Shown here one piece after another: positions 20,538 to 30,853 of a DNA stretch of 64,000 nt. Numbering within the stretch: position 1 is the first letter of the stretch; every line of letters starts with the position of its first letter. Source of the stretch: Promethearchaeota archaeon (GTDB taxonomy: Archaea > Asgardarchaeota > Lokiarchaeia > Sigyniarchaeales > SOKP01); NCBI GenBank assembly GCA_048940925.1, contig JBHLOC010000001.1:96001-160000 (forward strand). Direction: 5' to 3'. The notes under the pieces are model-generated. The model ran no database searches. It saw only the letters and a list, made by a program, of their open reading frames with translations, and had not been told where the DNA came from. The position numbers and the translations under genes were made by a program.

Positions 20538-21398
20538 GTGCGAAAAATGAGTTATAATAAAATTATTATTGAGAAAAAATTACGTGAGTTTTTAGAAGAA
20601 GATTGTAATTTTGCTGATGTTAGTTCTGGATGTATTCCTCCTAATGTAGAAGTATCAGCTAAAATTTTTGCAAAAAGTAATGGTTATGTTTCTGGACTTG
20701 AAGAATTGAAACTTTTATTCGAAATATTAGGGATTTCAGTGAACTTAATAAAAAATGACGGTGAAGCATTAAAAGAAGGAGATATCATAGCAGAATTAAA
20801 TGGAAATGCAAGAGAGATTTTACTTGGTGAAAGGGTGGCGCTTAATTTAATTACACATATGAGTAAAATAACGTCAACAGCAAAAAAGTTCGTTAAAATA
20901 ATAAAAAACTCAGGAAAAAACGTAAAAGTCGCTTGTACTCGTAAAACAACACCAGGTATCCGTATTTTTGAAAAAAAAGCAGTGGAACTTGCTAAAGCTG
21001 ATACTCATAGATTTTCACTTGATGAAATATTATTGAAAGATACTCATTTGAAGTATTATAATGGAGATGTGGAATTTCTTCTAAAAAATATAGATAAAAA
21101 AGTGAGTTTTGTAAAGAAAATCGAAATTGAAGTAGAAAAAGTGAGTGATGTGTTAATTGCAGCTAAGAATGGAGCAGATATAATTATGCTAGATAATTTT
21201 AGTCCTGATAAGGTGGCAGATGCTATTAATTTGATAAAAGAGCATAATTTGAGAGATAAAGTAATTATTGAGGTATCAGGAGGAATATCAGAAGATAACA
21301 TAGTTGACTATTTAATCGCAGAACCAGACATTATTAGTTTAGGTTTATTAACCCAGAATCCTACTGAATTTGTAGATTTTTCACTTAGGTTTGATTAG
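20538..21398 (+). CDS. nadC: Nicotinate-nucleotide diphosphorylase (QPRTase)
   Basis: ERVALN, TRKTTPG, LLKDTH, IEIEV, IMLDN, SGGI. Confidence 0.92.
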   Translation: MRKMSYNKIIIEKKLREFLEEDCNFADVSSGCIPPNVEVSAKIFAKSNGYVSGLEELKLLFEILGISVNLIKNDGEALKEGDIIAELNGNAREILLGERVALNLITHMSKITSTAKKFVKIIKNSGKNVKVACTRKTTPGIRIFEKKAVELAKADTHRFSLDEILLKDTHLKYYNGDVEFLLKNIDKKVSFVKKIEIEVEKVSDVLIAAKNGADIIMLDNFSPDKVADAINLIKEHNLRDKVIIEVSGGISEDNIVDYLIAEPDIISLGLLTQNPTEFVDFSLRFD

Positions 21399-21405
21399 AA
21401 TTTAT

Positions 21406-21798
21406 TTAGTCAATGATAATTTCTCGAATTGAACATATTACATCCTTAATCTCAGCTAGTTTTTTATAAACGTCCTTAATTACTTCTATTTCACCCACTA
21501 AAAGAATAATTTCGATCTTTTTTTCTGCAATTCGCCAATCTGTTATGGTTTTAATAATCTGGTGAAATTGAGAATATATATTTGAAATTTGATCTATTAT
21601 TATGTCTTTAAATGGATAGACTAAACTAATAGTCATTATTTTATATCCCTCTAAATTCTCGAATTCTTCATGTTTTTCAATAAAACTTACAATTGAATCT
21701 CTTAAAGCTTCACTTTTAGAAGAAAAACCACTAAAATTTCGAACTTTTTCAAATCTTTCTAGTAGATCATCGGTTAATTGTAATGAGATTATTGGCAT
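21406..21798 (-). CDS. NikR-like ribbon-helix-helix + ACT regulator
   Basis: IISLQL..DLLERF......GFSSKSEALRD RHH domain; C-terminal ACT-like domain. Confidence 0.8.
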   Translation of the reverse strand: MPIISLQLTDDLLERFEKVRNFSGFSSKSEALRDSIVSFIEKHEEFENLEGYKIMTISLVYPFKDIIIDQISNIYSQFHQIIKTITDWRIAEKKIEIILLVGEIEVIKDVYKKLAEIKDVICSIREIIID

Positions 21799-21874
21799 AA
21801 TAACTCCTCTATTAGTTTTTTTAATTGAATATTTATTTTCACTCTAATTATAATAATGCTTTTTATTTTTATTT

Positions 21875-22714
21875 TTAAATAAAATTTTTGACAAAATCAA
21901 TACTTTGAATTAAGTGTTTAGATGAGGATAATTCGATAATCAATGCATCATTATAGCTGTATTGATGTATTAAACTAAATATTTCATTGAAATCGACTTT
22001 TCCGGTTCCTAAAGGGGGATGAGTATCTGTTTCTTTACTAAAATTATCTACTATATGAATATTTCGTATTTTTTTATACATTTTTTCCCATAATAGTTTA
22101 ACATCTCCATCTGTTGTGTAAAAATGACTAGAATCATAAGTGAAATATAATTCCGAGCGATTTATTGTATTAAAGAAACTTTCTATTTCATTTTCATCTA
22201 ATAACATATAATTCCTACGGGGCATATTCTCAATACAGAGATCTATTTCCATTGTGTTAGTATAATCTAATAAAATATTAACTGCATTTACTAAATTGGT
22301 TTTATTAAATTCCCTTAAAGGTTTAACTAAGAAGTCTCCAAATCCTGGATGAATTGTTAAAATTTTTGCACCTAATTTATTACATATTTTAGCGGTTTCG
22401 ACATAAGATTTAATGGATGCTTCTGAAATGAGTTTATTATTAGAACATAAGTTTACACTAATAAAAGGCCCATGAACTTGTATTTTTAATGAATAAGACC
22501 TTATCAAATCAATAAACTGCTGCAAATTATTACTTTTTAATATTAATGGAGGTTCGATTACTATTTCAACTATATTAATATTATTATTTTCTGCAAATTT
22601 AAGACTCTCATCTGTAGCTTTGATTAATAAGTCATTTAAGCTTGTAAAATTACCTGAAATTCCGAGATCTATAAGATGTCCAAGAGAACTAATTCCTATT
22701 TCCAAACTTTTCAC
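21875..22714 (-). CDS. Sugar-phosphate isomerase/epimerase (xylose isomerase-like TIM barrel)
   Basis: HPG, IENM, YDSSH, HIVD, HPPLGTG, IIE. Confidence 0.85.
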   Translation of the reverse strand: MKSLEIGISSLGHLIDLGISGNFTSLNDLLIKATDESLKFAENNNINIVEIVIEPPLILKSNNLQQFIDLIRSYSLKIQVHGPFISVNLCSNNKLISEASIKSYVETAKICNKLGAKILTIHPGFGDFLVKPLREFNKTNLVNAVNILLDYTNTMEIDLCIENMPRRNYMLLDENEIESFFNTINRSELYFTYDSSHFYTTDGDVKLLWEKMYKKIRNIHIVDNFSKETDTHPPLGTGKVDFNEIFSLIHQYSYNDALIIELSSSKHLIQSIDFVKNFI

Positions 22715-22743
22715 ATGTTTTTACTTATACAGAATTTTTTATA

Positions 22744-23427
22744 TTAAATATTTTTCTTTCGCATACTTCGAGGATAATTAGCAAATAAGCTGTTATGCAG
22801 TTTTTCAAATCTTGTAAGATGTATTTCTGGAATTTGTTTTGGTTCTCCTATCTGTAAAGCACCCCAGTAAATTTTTGCTAATTTTTCCACAAGTTCTGCG
22901 AATTTTACTGCATGATCTATAGATTTTCCGCATACTATTACTCCATGGTTTTCTAATAAGGCAGCATTTTTAATTCCTAAAGCATTAAGGGCTACCTCAC
23001 CTATTTCTTCTGTGTGAGCCTTTCCAAACCTAGATACATCAACAGAGCCTCCTATAAAAATATACATTTCCTCCATTATTAGCGGAATACTTTTTTGGAC
23101 AATTGATAGCATTGTTGCATAAGTTGAATGAGTATGAATTATTGCTTGTACTTTTGGTCTTGATTTGTAAATAGCAATATGCATTTTTACTTCTGTTGAA
23201 GGTAATTTACCACTACTTAAAGGAGTACCATCAAAACCCATATGGACGATTTCATCTTCCTTTAATGTAGTATATTGGTTAAATGACGGAGTGATGAAAA
23301 GCTCCTCTTTTTTACCATTTCTTATACTGACATTACCTTCTCCAGCTTCTACTAAACCTTTTGCAAAAATAGATTTTGCTGCTTCAACTACTTCTAACCG
23401 AAGTTGTTCTTCTTTATTCGTTGACAT
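22744..23427 (-). CDS. Class II aldolase (L-fuculose-1-phosphate aldolase family)
   Basis: GNVS, ITPS, PSTE, HTHS, NHG. Confidence 0.9.
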   Translation of the reverse strand: MSTNKEEQLRLEVVEAAKSIFAKGLVEAGEGNVSIRNGKKEELFITPSFNQYTTLKEDEIVHMGFDGTPLSSGKLPSTEVKMHIAIYKSRPKVQAIIHTHSTYATMLSIVQKSIPLIMEEMYIFIGGSVDVSRFGKAHTEEIGEVALNALGIKNAALLENHGVIVCGKSIDHAVKFAELVEKLAKIYWGALQIGEPKQIPEIHLTRFEKLHNSLFANYPRSMRKKNI

Positions 23428-23599
23428 AGTATAAATAATTAAGAGTATATTTTAAATATTGTAAGTATTTTTTTTAAGAAAAGAACAATCAATTCATATC
23501 TATTTGAAAATTTTTTTCAGTCCCATTTTTTAAATTAAGATAATATATATCATAACTAGCATAAATTATATCTCTCTTTAGTAAAAATTTTTCTCAACA

Positions 23600-24697
23600 A
23601 TGACAAGATTGATAATTCATTGTGATTTGGATTGTTTTTTTGCTGCAGTCGAAGTAAGAGATAATCCAAAATATAGAGGAAAGCCTGTTATCATTGGAGC
23701 CGACCCAAAAGAAGGTAATGGGCGAGGTGTTGTATCAACTTGTTCATATGAGGCAAGAGTATTTGGTATTCATTCAGGAATGCCCATTTCTCATGCATAT
23801 CAAAGATGCTCTCAAGGGATTTATTTAAGGCCTAATGGTGAAAAATATAGAAAAGTGTCTAAACAGGTTATGCAAATATTAAATAAATATTCAGATACTT
23901 TCCAACAGGCGGGAATTGATGAAGCATATTTGGAATTTACAGAAATCTGCTCAAATTTTAAAGAAGTCAAAAATATTGCTGAAAATATACAAAATAATAT
24001 CCATAAAAACTTAGGGATTACAATTTCAATAGGATGTGCACCAACAAAATCTTTAGCAAAAATTGCATCTGATTGTAATAAACCAAAAGGAATAACCATT
24101 TTTACACCAAATAATTTTAAAGATAAATTAAAAGATTTAGAGATTACAAAAATCCCGGGTATAGGCAAAAAATCTAAAAAATATCTTTATAAGAAGAATA
24201 TTAGGAAGATAGGGGATATACTCAAATTTTCTCTTCAAAAATTTAGAGATCTATTTGGTAAAAATGGAGAATGGATTTGGAAAGTTGTGAATGGTTTTGA
24301 TAATAGGAAGGTACGGGAATTTGATGATGGAAGGAAGTCCATTAGTGCAGAACGAACATTTTTTGCAGACACAGATGATTTTCAAGAGGTATTATCAAAA
24401 TTGGAAGATATTAATAATAAGATACATAAATCGGTTGTAAAAAATAATATAACTTACAAAACTATAACATTGAAAATTAGATTCAAAGGCTATTTGACAT
24501 ATACTCGTTCAAAAACACTTTCCTATCATACCCAGGACAAAAATATTGTAATGGATGAAATTTTAAAGTTATATAAAGAATTCTCAAATAATAAAAAAAA
24601 GATAAGGTTAGTTGGGATTAAATTGTCAAATCTGGAATTGAATATAAAATCTCGTCAAACAAATCTTCTAAGTTTTGCTTCTGTTTCTATTGCCTAA
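23600..24697 (+). CDS. dinB: Y-family DNA polymerase IV
   Basis: HCDLDCFFAAVE, SYEAR, GIDEAY, AKIASD..KP.G, IRLVG. Confidence 0.95.
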   Translation: MTRLIIHCDLDCFFAAVEVRDNPKYRGKPVIIGADPKEGNGRGVVSTCSYEARVFGIHSGMPISHAYQRCSQGIYLRPNGEKYRKVSKQVMQILNKYSDTFQQAGIDEAYLEFTEICSNFKEVKNIAENIQNNIHKNLGITISIGCAPTKSLAKIASDCNKPKGITIFTPNNFKDKLKDLEITKIPGIGKKSKKYLYKKNIRKIGDILKFSLQKFRDLFGKNGEWIWKVVNGFDNRKVREFDDGRKSISAERTFFADTDDFQEVLSKLEDINNKIHKSVVKNNITYKTITLKIRFKGYLTYTRSKTLSYHTQDKNIVMDEILKLYKEFSNNKKKIRLVGIKLSNLELNIKSRQTNLLSFASVSIA

Positions 24698-26771
24698 TTA
24701 TGTCTTTTATTTCAAATAAATAATTTTCCAATGAAGAAGTACTTATATTGATACCTGGTGTTTGCTTTGACTTTCTTAATAAATCTGATTCAAAATTATA
24801 TTCATTTAAAAGCCATAACAATTTATATAATTCGATTTTTTTTCTAAAATCATTATTAACTTTATGATATTTTGAATAAGCATCATAAAAAGCATTAAAA
24901 AATGAGGGAATATTCAAGTGTTTTAAAATCCAATATTCTATTTTAACAAAATCTTGAGCTCTGTGTCCTATACACCATTTATCAAAACCTACAAACCCGT
25001 TAGTTTGAATGGCACCTAATTCTTCTTTGACTATAATATTTTGACTTTGAAAATCATTATATAGTAAAACATACTCGTGATCCTCTTCAATTAATGTCCT
25101 ATTATTATTGAAGAATGCCCAAATTTGATCACTAACATCTATTCCATTTTTTTTTGCTTCTTGAATTTTATTTTCTAATTCATTAGTAAAAAAATCAGAA
25201 GAGATGGCTTTTCTCTTGCCCCCAATATCCCTTATATTACTATAATAAGAGTCAAATTTTATGTTATGTAAATGTCCTAAATGTTCTCCTAAATTGGCAA
25301 ATAAATTTAGAAATCTGCTGGTATTTAAGTTTTTTCCCTCATTTAAATACTGATTTACAAGTTGAAATAGAGGTTTTCCTCTAATATAATCTTGCACTGA
25401 GAAAATATAAGGGATTATTTGTTTCGTTTCATCGTAGAAAATTAAGTTACTTACTGGAATAATTGTAGGTTTTTCTTTCTTGAATATGTAAGATCCTGTT
25501 TTTTTACTAATTATTTGCTTTACCTTTTCTCCTAGATCATGCTCTTCAGGAGTAAGAGTCTTATCTAAAAAAGGAAATAAGAGTTTCTCTTTGATTATAT
25601 TTTCTATTTGAGGATATCCATTTGTTCTAAATCTGAAAACTAATTTACTATTTTCAAAAACAACTTTATAAAGTGTATTTATATCAGCTTTATAAGGTCC
25701 TTTTATTTTTTTTACTTTTCCTTGCTTGACTAGAATATCAATATTAGAAAATGTTTGAATAATATCATGGAATTGATATATATCTTTTTTACCTAATGAG
25801 TAAAGGTGATATATATGTTTTTGATTAACTAAATAATTCACAGTAGCTTCGATTCTTTCTTTAACTATAGAATCAAAATCTTCTTGTGCTCTATTTGTAA
25901 TAGTACTAATATATTCCTTAGAATTTGATATCAAGTCTTTATATAGATATAAAAATGCATATTTTAGACTTAAACATTCAGAGTCTTCAATTTGCTTGAA
26001 ATAAATTTTATTTCTAATATCATTAATTTGCTCTTGTAGTTGAAGAAGTTCTAAGATATTATCCTCTAGGGCATATTTTAATAATTTAGAAAACATATTA
26101 ACCAAATTACTTATTTTAGAAACAATTCCACTATATTTTCTTTGTTCTATTGGAATTAATTGGAAAAATACTTGAGAATTTTCCTCCATTCCACACCAAA
26201 CTGAAAAATTTTCATTTAATATTTGAATAAAAGATTTACAATTCTTGATATTATTAAAAGAATCGTTCAATCCTCTTAGATTGGAAAATTTTAATAATTT
26301 GGTAATTAAATTTGGTGTAATATCATTTCCAATGTATATACTTGGATTATTATGGATATATATCGGACTTTTTGGATTAATTGAACTTAAAATATTTTCA
26401 AAATAGGATTTAATTTCTTGAGTATCTAATTTTTTAGTGGTTGGAGGTGTAATCATAAAATTAAGAACAGGAAATTTTTTTGCTAATATCTCTATCTGAT
26501 TTATAATATCTTCTACATCATTACCATATATTCCAGTAATAATTGGAGTTTTTTTTTTAGTAATTTCAATTGATAACTCAATAAGTTTAATTATTTCTTC
26601 AATTTTATCAGAAAATAGCTGCCTTTCTCCTAGATTTCCAAAAAGAAGAAGTGAATTAATATCATTTGTAAGGATGTGACGGATTAATAATGAATTTAAT
26701 TCTTTATCAATTTCATAATCTTTATTATAGAAGGATAGTGTGTTACAGATAACTCCATTAACAGATGTCAT
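24687..26771 (-). CDS. DapA/NanA-like TIM barrel fused to an APH/choline-kinase-like domain, both degenerate
   Basis: N-terminal half: GNLGE, IHNNP, GLNDS. C-terminal half: QDYIRGKPL, LGHLH, LLYNDFQSQNI, GFVGFD. Confidence 0.75.
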   Translation of the reverse strand: MTSVNGVICNTLSFYNKDYEIDKELNSLLIRHILTNDINSLLLFGNLGERQLFSDKIEEIIKLIELSIEITKKKTPIITGIYGNDVEDIINQIEILAKKFPVLNFMITPPTTKKLDTQEIKSYFENILSSINPKSPIYIHNNPSIYIGNDITPNLITKLLKFSNLRGLNDSFNNIKNCKSFIQILNENFSVWCGMEENSQVFFQLIPIEQRKYSGIVSKISNLVNMFSKLLKYALEDNILELLQLQEQINDIRNKIYFKQIEDSECLSLKYAFLYLYKDLISNSKEYISTITNRAQEDFDSIVKERIEATVNYLVNQKHIYHLYSLGKKDIYQFHDIIQTFSNIDILVKQGKVKKIKGPYKADINTLYKVVFENSKLVFRFRTNGYPQIENIIKEKLLFPFLDKTLTPEEHDLGEKVKQIISKKTGSYIFKKEKPTIIPVSNLIFYDETKQIIPYIFSVQDYIRGKPLFQLVNQYLNEGKNLNTSRFLNLFANLGEHLGHLHNIKFDSYYSNIRDIGGKRKAISSDFFTNELENKIQEAKKNGIDVSDQIWAFFNNNRTLIEEDHEYVLLYNDFQSQNIIVKEELGAIQTNGFVGFDKWCIGHRAQDFVKIEYWILKHLNIPSFFNAFYDAYSKYHKVNNDFRKKIELYKLLWLLNEYNFESDLLRKSKQTPGINISTSSLENYLFEIKDIIRQ

Positions 26772-26779
26772 TCTTATGT

Positions 26780-26785
26780 CCTCCT
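26780..26785 (-). promoter_or_regulatory. Shine-Dalgarno AGGAGG of the DapA-kinase fusion gene
   Basis: cctcct on the plus strand, 8 nt before the ATG at 26771. Confidence 0.6.
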
Positions 26786-26978
26786 TATATAAAAAACCGT
26801 GACTTCTAATTTCTTAGGTCTACTAATTGTTTAGATTCTGGATATTCTTATAGAATAATATGATTTTTAATGGACTTAAAATTTTATAATTTTCTTATTA
26901 AATAATCACGTATATAATTTAAATTAATTCGAAAGATTGATGTAATAGTGGTTTGAAATTTTTTTTTATATAGAAAAT

Positions 26979-27689
26979 GTGAAATTACCTTTAATTTCTA
27001 GTGGTACTTCGCCTTTTATAGGAGCAGGTCAATTTGGATTCAATGCATTTGATTGGCGAAGAAAATTTTTAAATAATCCAGATGCAATAATAGAGATTTT
27101 GGAAACAGGTTACCAATATGGAGCAAGAGGTGTAGAAGCAATTCCATTAGGAAAAATTATGGAAGCTTGTTGTATAATGAGTGAAATTCATAATGATTAT
27201 ATTATTACAGGATCTACATACCCTGAAAAAAACTCTGGTATTGAAGCTTTAATTAAAGCTGAGGCAAAAATAATATTCGTGCATGGGATGATAGCTGACA
27301 AGAAAGGAAGAGAATTGTCAAATCTACTGGATGATATTGTTTCTCAAGGAATAATTCCTGGTATTGCTACCCATGAACCAATTTCTACAATAAATTATGT
27401 TATTGATAAAAAGTTGAATGTAAAGGTGTTCCTGATTCCTTTTAATGCGTCTGGTGCTTTTATGGGGGATTTAAGGGGTCTAGAACAAATTGTTGATAAT
27501 ACAAGTAATTATTATTTTATTGGTATGAAAACTTTAGCTGCTGGGAATCTGGAGCCCGCTGAAGCTTTTGATTACATTGCAGAACATAATATTTGTGCTG
27601 TTACAATAGGAATGGTTACAAAGGAGGAGGCTAAGATTTCTACGCAAATTGCATTACAAGCATTAACTTCAAAAAATAATCGTTTTTAA
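26979..27689 (+). CDS. Conserved hypothetical protein, aldo/keto-reductase-like TIM barrel
   Basis: GTSPFIGAGQFG, PGIATH.P, GMKTLAAG, VTIGM. Confidence 0.6.
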   Translation: MKLPLISSGTSPFIGAGQFGFNAFDWRRKFLNNPDAIIEILETGYQYGARGVEAIPLGKIMEACCIMSEIHNDYIITGSTYPEKNSGIEALIKAEAKIIFVHGMIADKKGRELSNLLDDIVSQGIIPGIATHEPISTINYVIDKKLNVKVFLIPFNASGAFMGDLRGLEQIVDNTSNYYFIGMKTLAAGNLEPAEAFDYIAEHNICAVTIGMVTKEEAKISTQIALQALTSKNNRF

Positions 27690-27698
27690 TTGTTATGA

Positions 27699-29387
27699 TT
27701 AAATTTTTTTAGATTCCTTGAAAATATCAAAAATCTCCATTTCATAATCAATCGTATCTTCAGGTAGGAGATTTGGATCTTTTACTAATTTTGCTAGATA
27801 ATAAGTTTTAGCTCCTCTTTCAAGATATTGTAAAACTGTATATGCTCCTTCAAGGTGGCTTCCACAGCACAGGTTGCCATGGTTAGCAAGCAATACGGCG
27901 TTCCGCTCCTCTAAAGCTGTGATAACACTTTCCGCTAATTCTTCACTTCCGGCTTCTCCATAAGCAGCACACAAAACTTCTCCTCCTATATAAGGTACTA
28001 ATTCTTCCATTATTGGAGGTACTGAAAGATTTAGCGCACTAAGTACTGTTGAAAACATGCTATGAGCATGAATTATGGCATTTACATCTTCTCTTTCTTT
28101 GTATAATCTTAGATGCATTTTTTTTTCTACAGAAGGATTCTTTTCACCCTCTAATACTTTACCCTCCATATTTATAATAAGGATATCATCAGGTTTCATC
28201 TCTTCATATTTTACATTGCTTGGGGTGATTAATACTATCTCTTTATTGTTATATTTCATTCTAAAGCTAACATTTCCAGCAGATCCAATTACATGTCCTT
28301 CATTTAGTAATTTTTTACAAAGTGTAACAATTTCTGCTCTCTTCTGATTAATACTCATATCAGATATGATATCTATTTTCCTTTTAGCTTTAATTACTTC
28401 GGGATTTAAAATATTTCTTGGTATTTCATCATTTAACCACAATTTTATATCTTCTAATAACATTCTAGATTGACGTTCTATGATTTCTATGGTATTTCCA
28501 CCTATATGAGGGGTCACAATAACATTATCCAATTCTAAAAATTCATTATCTTCGTCAATAGGTTCCATTGGGAAAACATCAAGAGCTGCTCCCGCAATTT
28601 TTTTTTGTTTTAAAGCTTGATATAATGCATCATAATCAATAAGGCTTCCTTTAGCTGTGTTTACTATATACGCTTTTTTTTTCATCAAATCTAAACGTTT
28701 TTTGTTAATAAGATTATCATTATCATCAGTAGCTTTTGCGTGTATTGTTATAAAATCAGAATCTTTCATTAAGTAATCTATATCTACTTTCTCACCATAA
28801 TCTTCAGTACTTTCATCTGGAATATAAGGATCATAAATAAGAAAATTAACTCCAAAAGGTTTTAATCTGTCAGCAACTCTGCGTCCAATCTGCCCGAAAC
28901 CAATTATTCCTATAGTTTTTCCTTTTAATTCTACTCCTTCAAATTGATTAAAGTATTTAACCCAATCTTCAAAATCTATAACTTGAAAATTTTTCGAATG
29001 GAGCACTCTATCAATTATCGAGAAATTTCTAGCTAAAGAAAGTATGAATCCTACCGCAGCTTCAGCAACAGCTTCAACATTTCTTAATGGCGTATTTAAT
29101 ACTGGTATATTATTTTTAGTAGCCGTTTTTAAATCAATATTGAATGGATCTCCTCTACAGGATACGACTAGCTTTAGTTTTGTTTGATTAAAAATTTCTG
29201 GTTTTTTAATATCATCTATTTCGGTAATAAAAATATCATAGTTTTTTAATTTTTCAATAAGTTCTTTTATATCAAAATATATAATTCCCGTTTCTCTCCA
29301 GGGTTCGTAGGTAATTTCCATTAATTTTTTTAATTCATTCAAACATTTTTCTGTAATATTTGCTGTTATTAGAGATTTCATTAGCAT
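27699..29387 (-). CDS. D-2-hydroxyacid dehydrogenase (YoaD/SerA2 type) fused to a class II aldolase
   Basis: CRGDP.NID, NTPLRN, GFGQIG, NTAKG, DVF.MEP, TPHIGG; then GNVS, TPS, PSVE, HAHS, NHG. Confidence 0.9.
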   Translation of the reverse strand: MLMKSLITANITEKCLNELKKLMEITYEPWRETGIIYFDIKELIEKLKNYDIFITEIDDIKKPEIFNQTKLKLVVSCRGDPFNIDLKTATKNNIPVLNTPLRNVEAVAEAAVGFILSLARNFSIIDRVLHSKNFQVIDFEDWVKYFNQFEGVELKGKTIGIIGFGQIGRRVADRLKPFGVNFLIYDPYIPDESTEDYGEKVDIDYLMKDSDFITIHAKATDDNDNLINKKRLDLMKKKAYIVNTAKGSLIDYDALYQALKQKKIAGAALDVFPMEPIDEDNEFLELDNVIVTPHIGGNTIEIIERQSRMLLEDIKLWLNDEIPRNILNPEVIKAKRKIDIISDMSINQKRAEIVTLCKKLLNEGHVIGSAGNVSFRMKYNNKEIVLITPSNVKYEEMKPDDILIINMEGKVLEGEKNPSVEKKMHLRLYKEREDVNAIIHAHSMFSTVLSALNLSVPPIMEELVPYIGGEVLCAAYGEAGSEELAESVITALEERNAVLLANHGNLCCGSHLEGAYTVLQYLERGAKTYYLAKLVKDPNLLPEDTIDYEMEIFDIFKESKKI

Positions 29388-29487
29388 ATTTCCTTTTTAA
29401 TTTATTAGTTCTCTATTATTATTTACAATATTAATGATGTAGATTTAAAATTAATACTTAAATGTTATAATTTAATGAAGAATATGC

Positions 29488-29847
29488 TTAGAACATTAAA
29501 CTTCGAAGCTTCATTAAGGTTCGTATATTACCCTCAATTATTTTGACTTTACCATCAGAATAAGCTTTAACTGCACCTAACTTTTTATTAAATAAATTAA
29601 TCATTACTTCTTCACCCGTAAATTCAATTTTAACTTTTGCAGTATCATCTCCTGTCTTATCTTTTATTTCAATCCCTTGATCTTTATTGATAAGGATAAG
29701 GATTTTTCTGTTGGTATCCATAAATGATACTTGGATGGGTTCTTCATAATTAGCTAATTTTCTTCTTATTTTTTCGTTGTTGTTATAACGTTTTTTAATT
29801 TCTTCTAAGCAATTATTTATTGTTAAAATTTGTGACATAATTTTCAC
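29488..29847 (-). CDS. SCP2 sterol/lipid-binding domain protein
   Basis: C-terminal LGAVKAYSDGKVKI.EGNI..LMKL SCP2 signature. Confidence 0.75.
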   Translation of the reverse strand: MKIMSQILTINNCLEEIKKRYNNNEKIRRKLANYEEPIQVSFMDTNRKILILINKDQGIEIKDKTGDDTAKVKIEFTGEEVMINLFNKKLGAVKAYSDGKVKIIEGNIRTLMKLRSLMF

Positions 29848-30064
29848 ATTATCTTTATCATTCGTGAACCAATTTTAAATTATTATTTTTAAATATCATA
29901 TATGAAGAAAATCTAATAAAGCATCCCTCTATTGATTTTAAAAGCAGGTGTTTTGTACTAATAATATTTTGAATATTGAAAATAAGTTTTAATTAAGTTA
30001 AACAAATATAATATTAAAGATTTTAAGCAAAATTTTTTAATTAAAAATATAGTATTGAATACTT

Positions 30065-30844
30065 TTGAAAATAAATGAATTATTTTTTGAATTATCAAAT
30101 GAAGAGAGATTTAAGATATTTAAATCTCTATTTAATGAAAGTAAACGTCATAATCAAATAGAAAAAGAGTTGGGTATTCGAGGATCTGAAGTTTCCCGTC
30201 ATTTAAAGAGACTTATAAAGGAAGATTTAGTTGAAAAAGATATCTATAATAAATATGATATTACTAATATAGGTAGAATTTTCCTGCAGATATTAGATCT
30301 CCTTAAAATATTTTTAAAGTTTAAAAATTATTTTAATAGTCATAATGTTTATGAACTCCCATTCTATGTAACTCTGCAGCTAGGGGATTTAAAAACTCTT
30401 AAAATTAACAAAGGTACTATGCAAAATATAGAATTATGGGCACAATTGATTAAAGATTCAGAAAAGTTTATATTAGCGATTTCAGATCAATTTCAAGATT
30501 CAATTCTACCTATAGTAGAAAAGAAGATAAATAATATTTCAATTAATATCCGGGCAATAATAGATGAAACTGTTTTAAAATCAAAAGGCTATGAGAAATT
30601 AGAAGATCGCCATGCTTTTTATCGAAAGTTAAATATAGCAGAGAATATTAAAGTTTTGACTCACATTGATTTCTCTCTTTTAGTTTCTGATAAAGGAGCC
30701 ATTATATTTTTGAAAAGAGAAGGAAAAATTGACTACAGTGAATGTTTATATGATGATATTGAAACTTTTATTAATTGGGCAATCAACCTATTTGAATGGT
30801 ATTGGAAAAAAGGTAAAGATATAAAACCTTTTATAAAGAAATGA
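30065..30844 (+). CDS. Archaeal wHTH transcriptional regulator (ArsR-like HTH + DUF1724-like domain)
   Basis: LSNEERFKI...EVSRHLKRL...LVEK...YDITNIG; C-terminal WA..LFEWYW. Confidence 0.8.
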   Translation: MKINELFFELSNEERFKIFKSLFNESKRHNQIEKELGIRGSEVSRHLKRLIKEDLVEKDIYNKYDITNIGRIFLQILDLLKIFLKFKNYFNSHNVYELPFYVTLQLGDLKTLKINKGTMQNIELWAQLIKDSEKFILAISDQFQDSILPIVEKKINNISINIRAIIDETVLKSKGYEKLEDRHAFYRKLNIAENIKVLTHIDFSLLVSDKGAIIFLKREGKIDYSECLYDDIETFINWAINLFEWYWKKGKDIKPFIKK

Positions 30845-30853
30845 AATAACTAG

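Noticed and set aside
23600-24697. dinB as a marker of a mobile or mutagenesis cassette
   Set aside because: No integrase, transposase, terminal repeats or imuAB-like neighbours.
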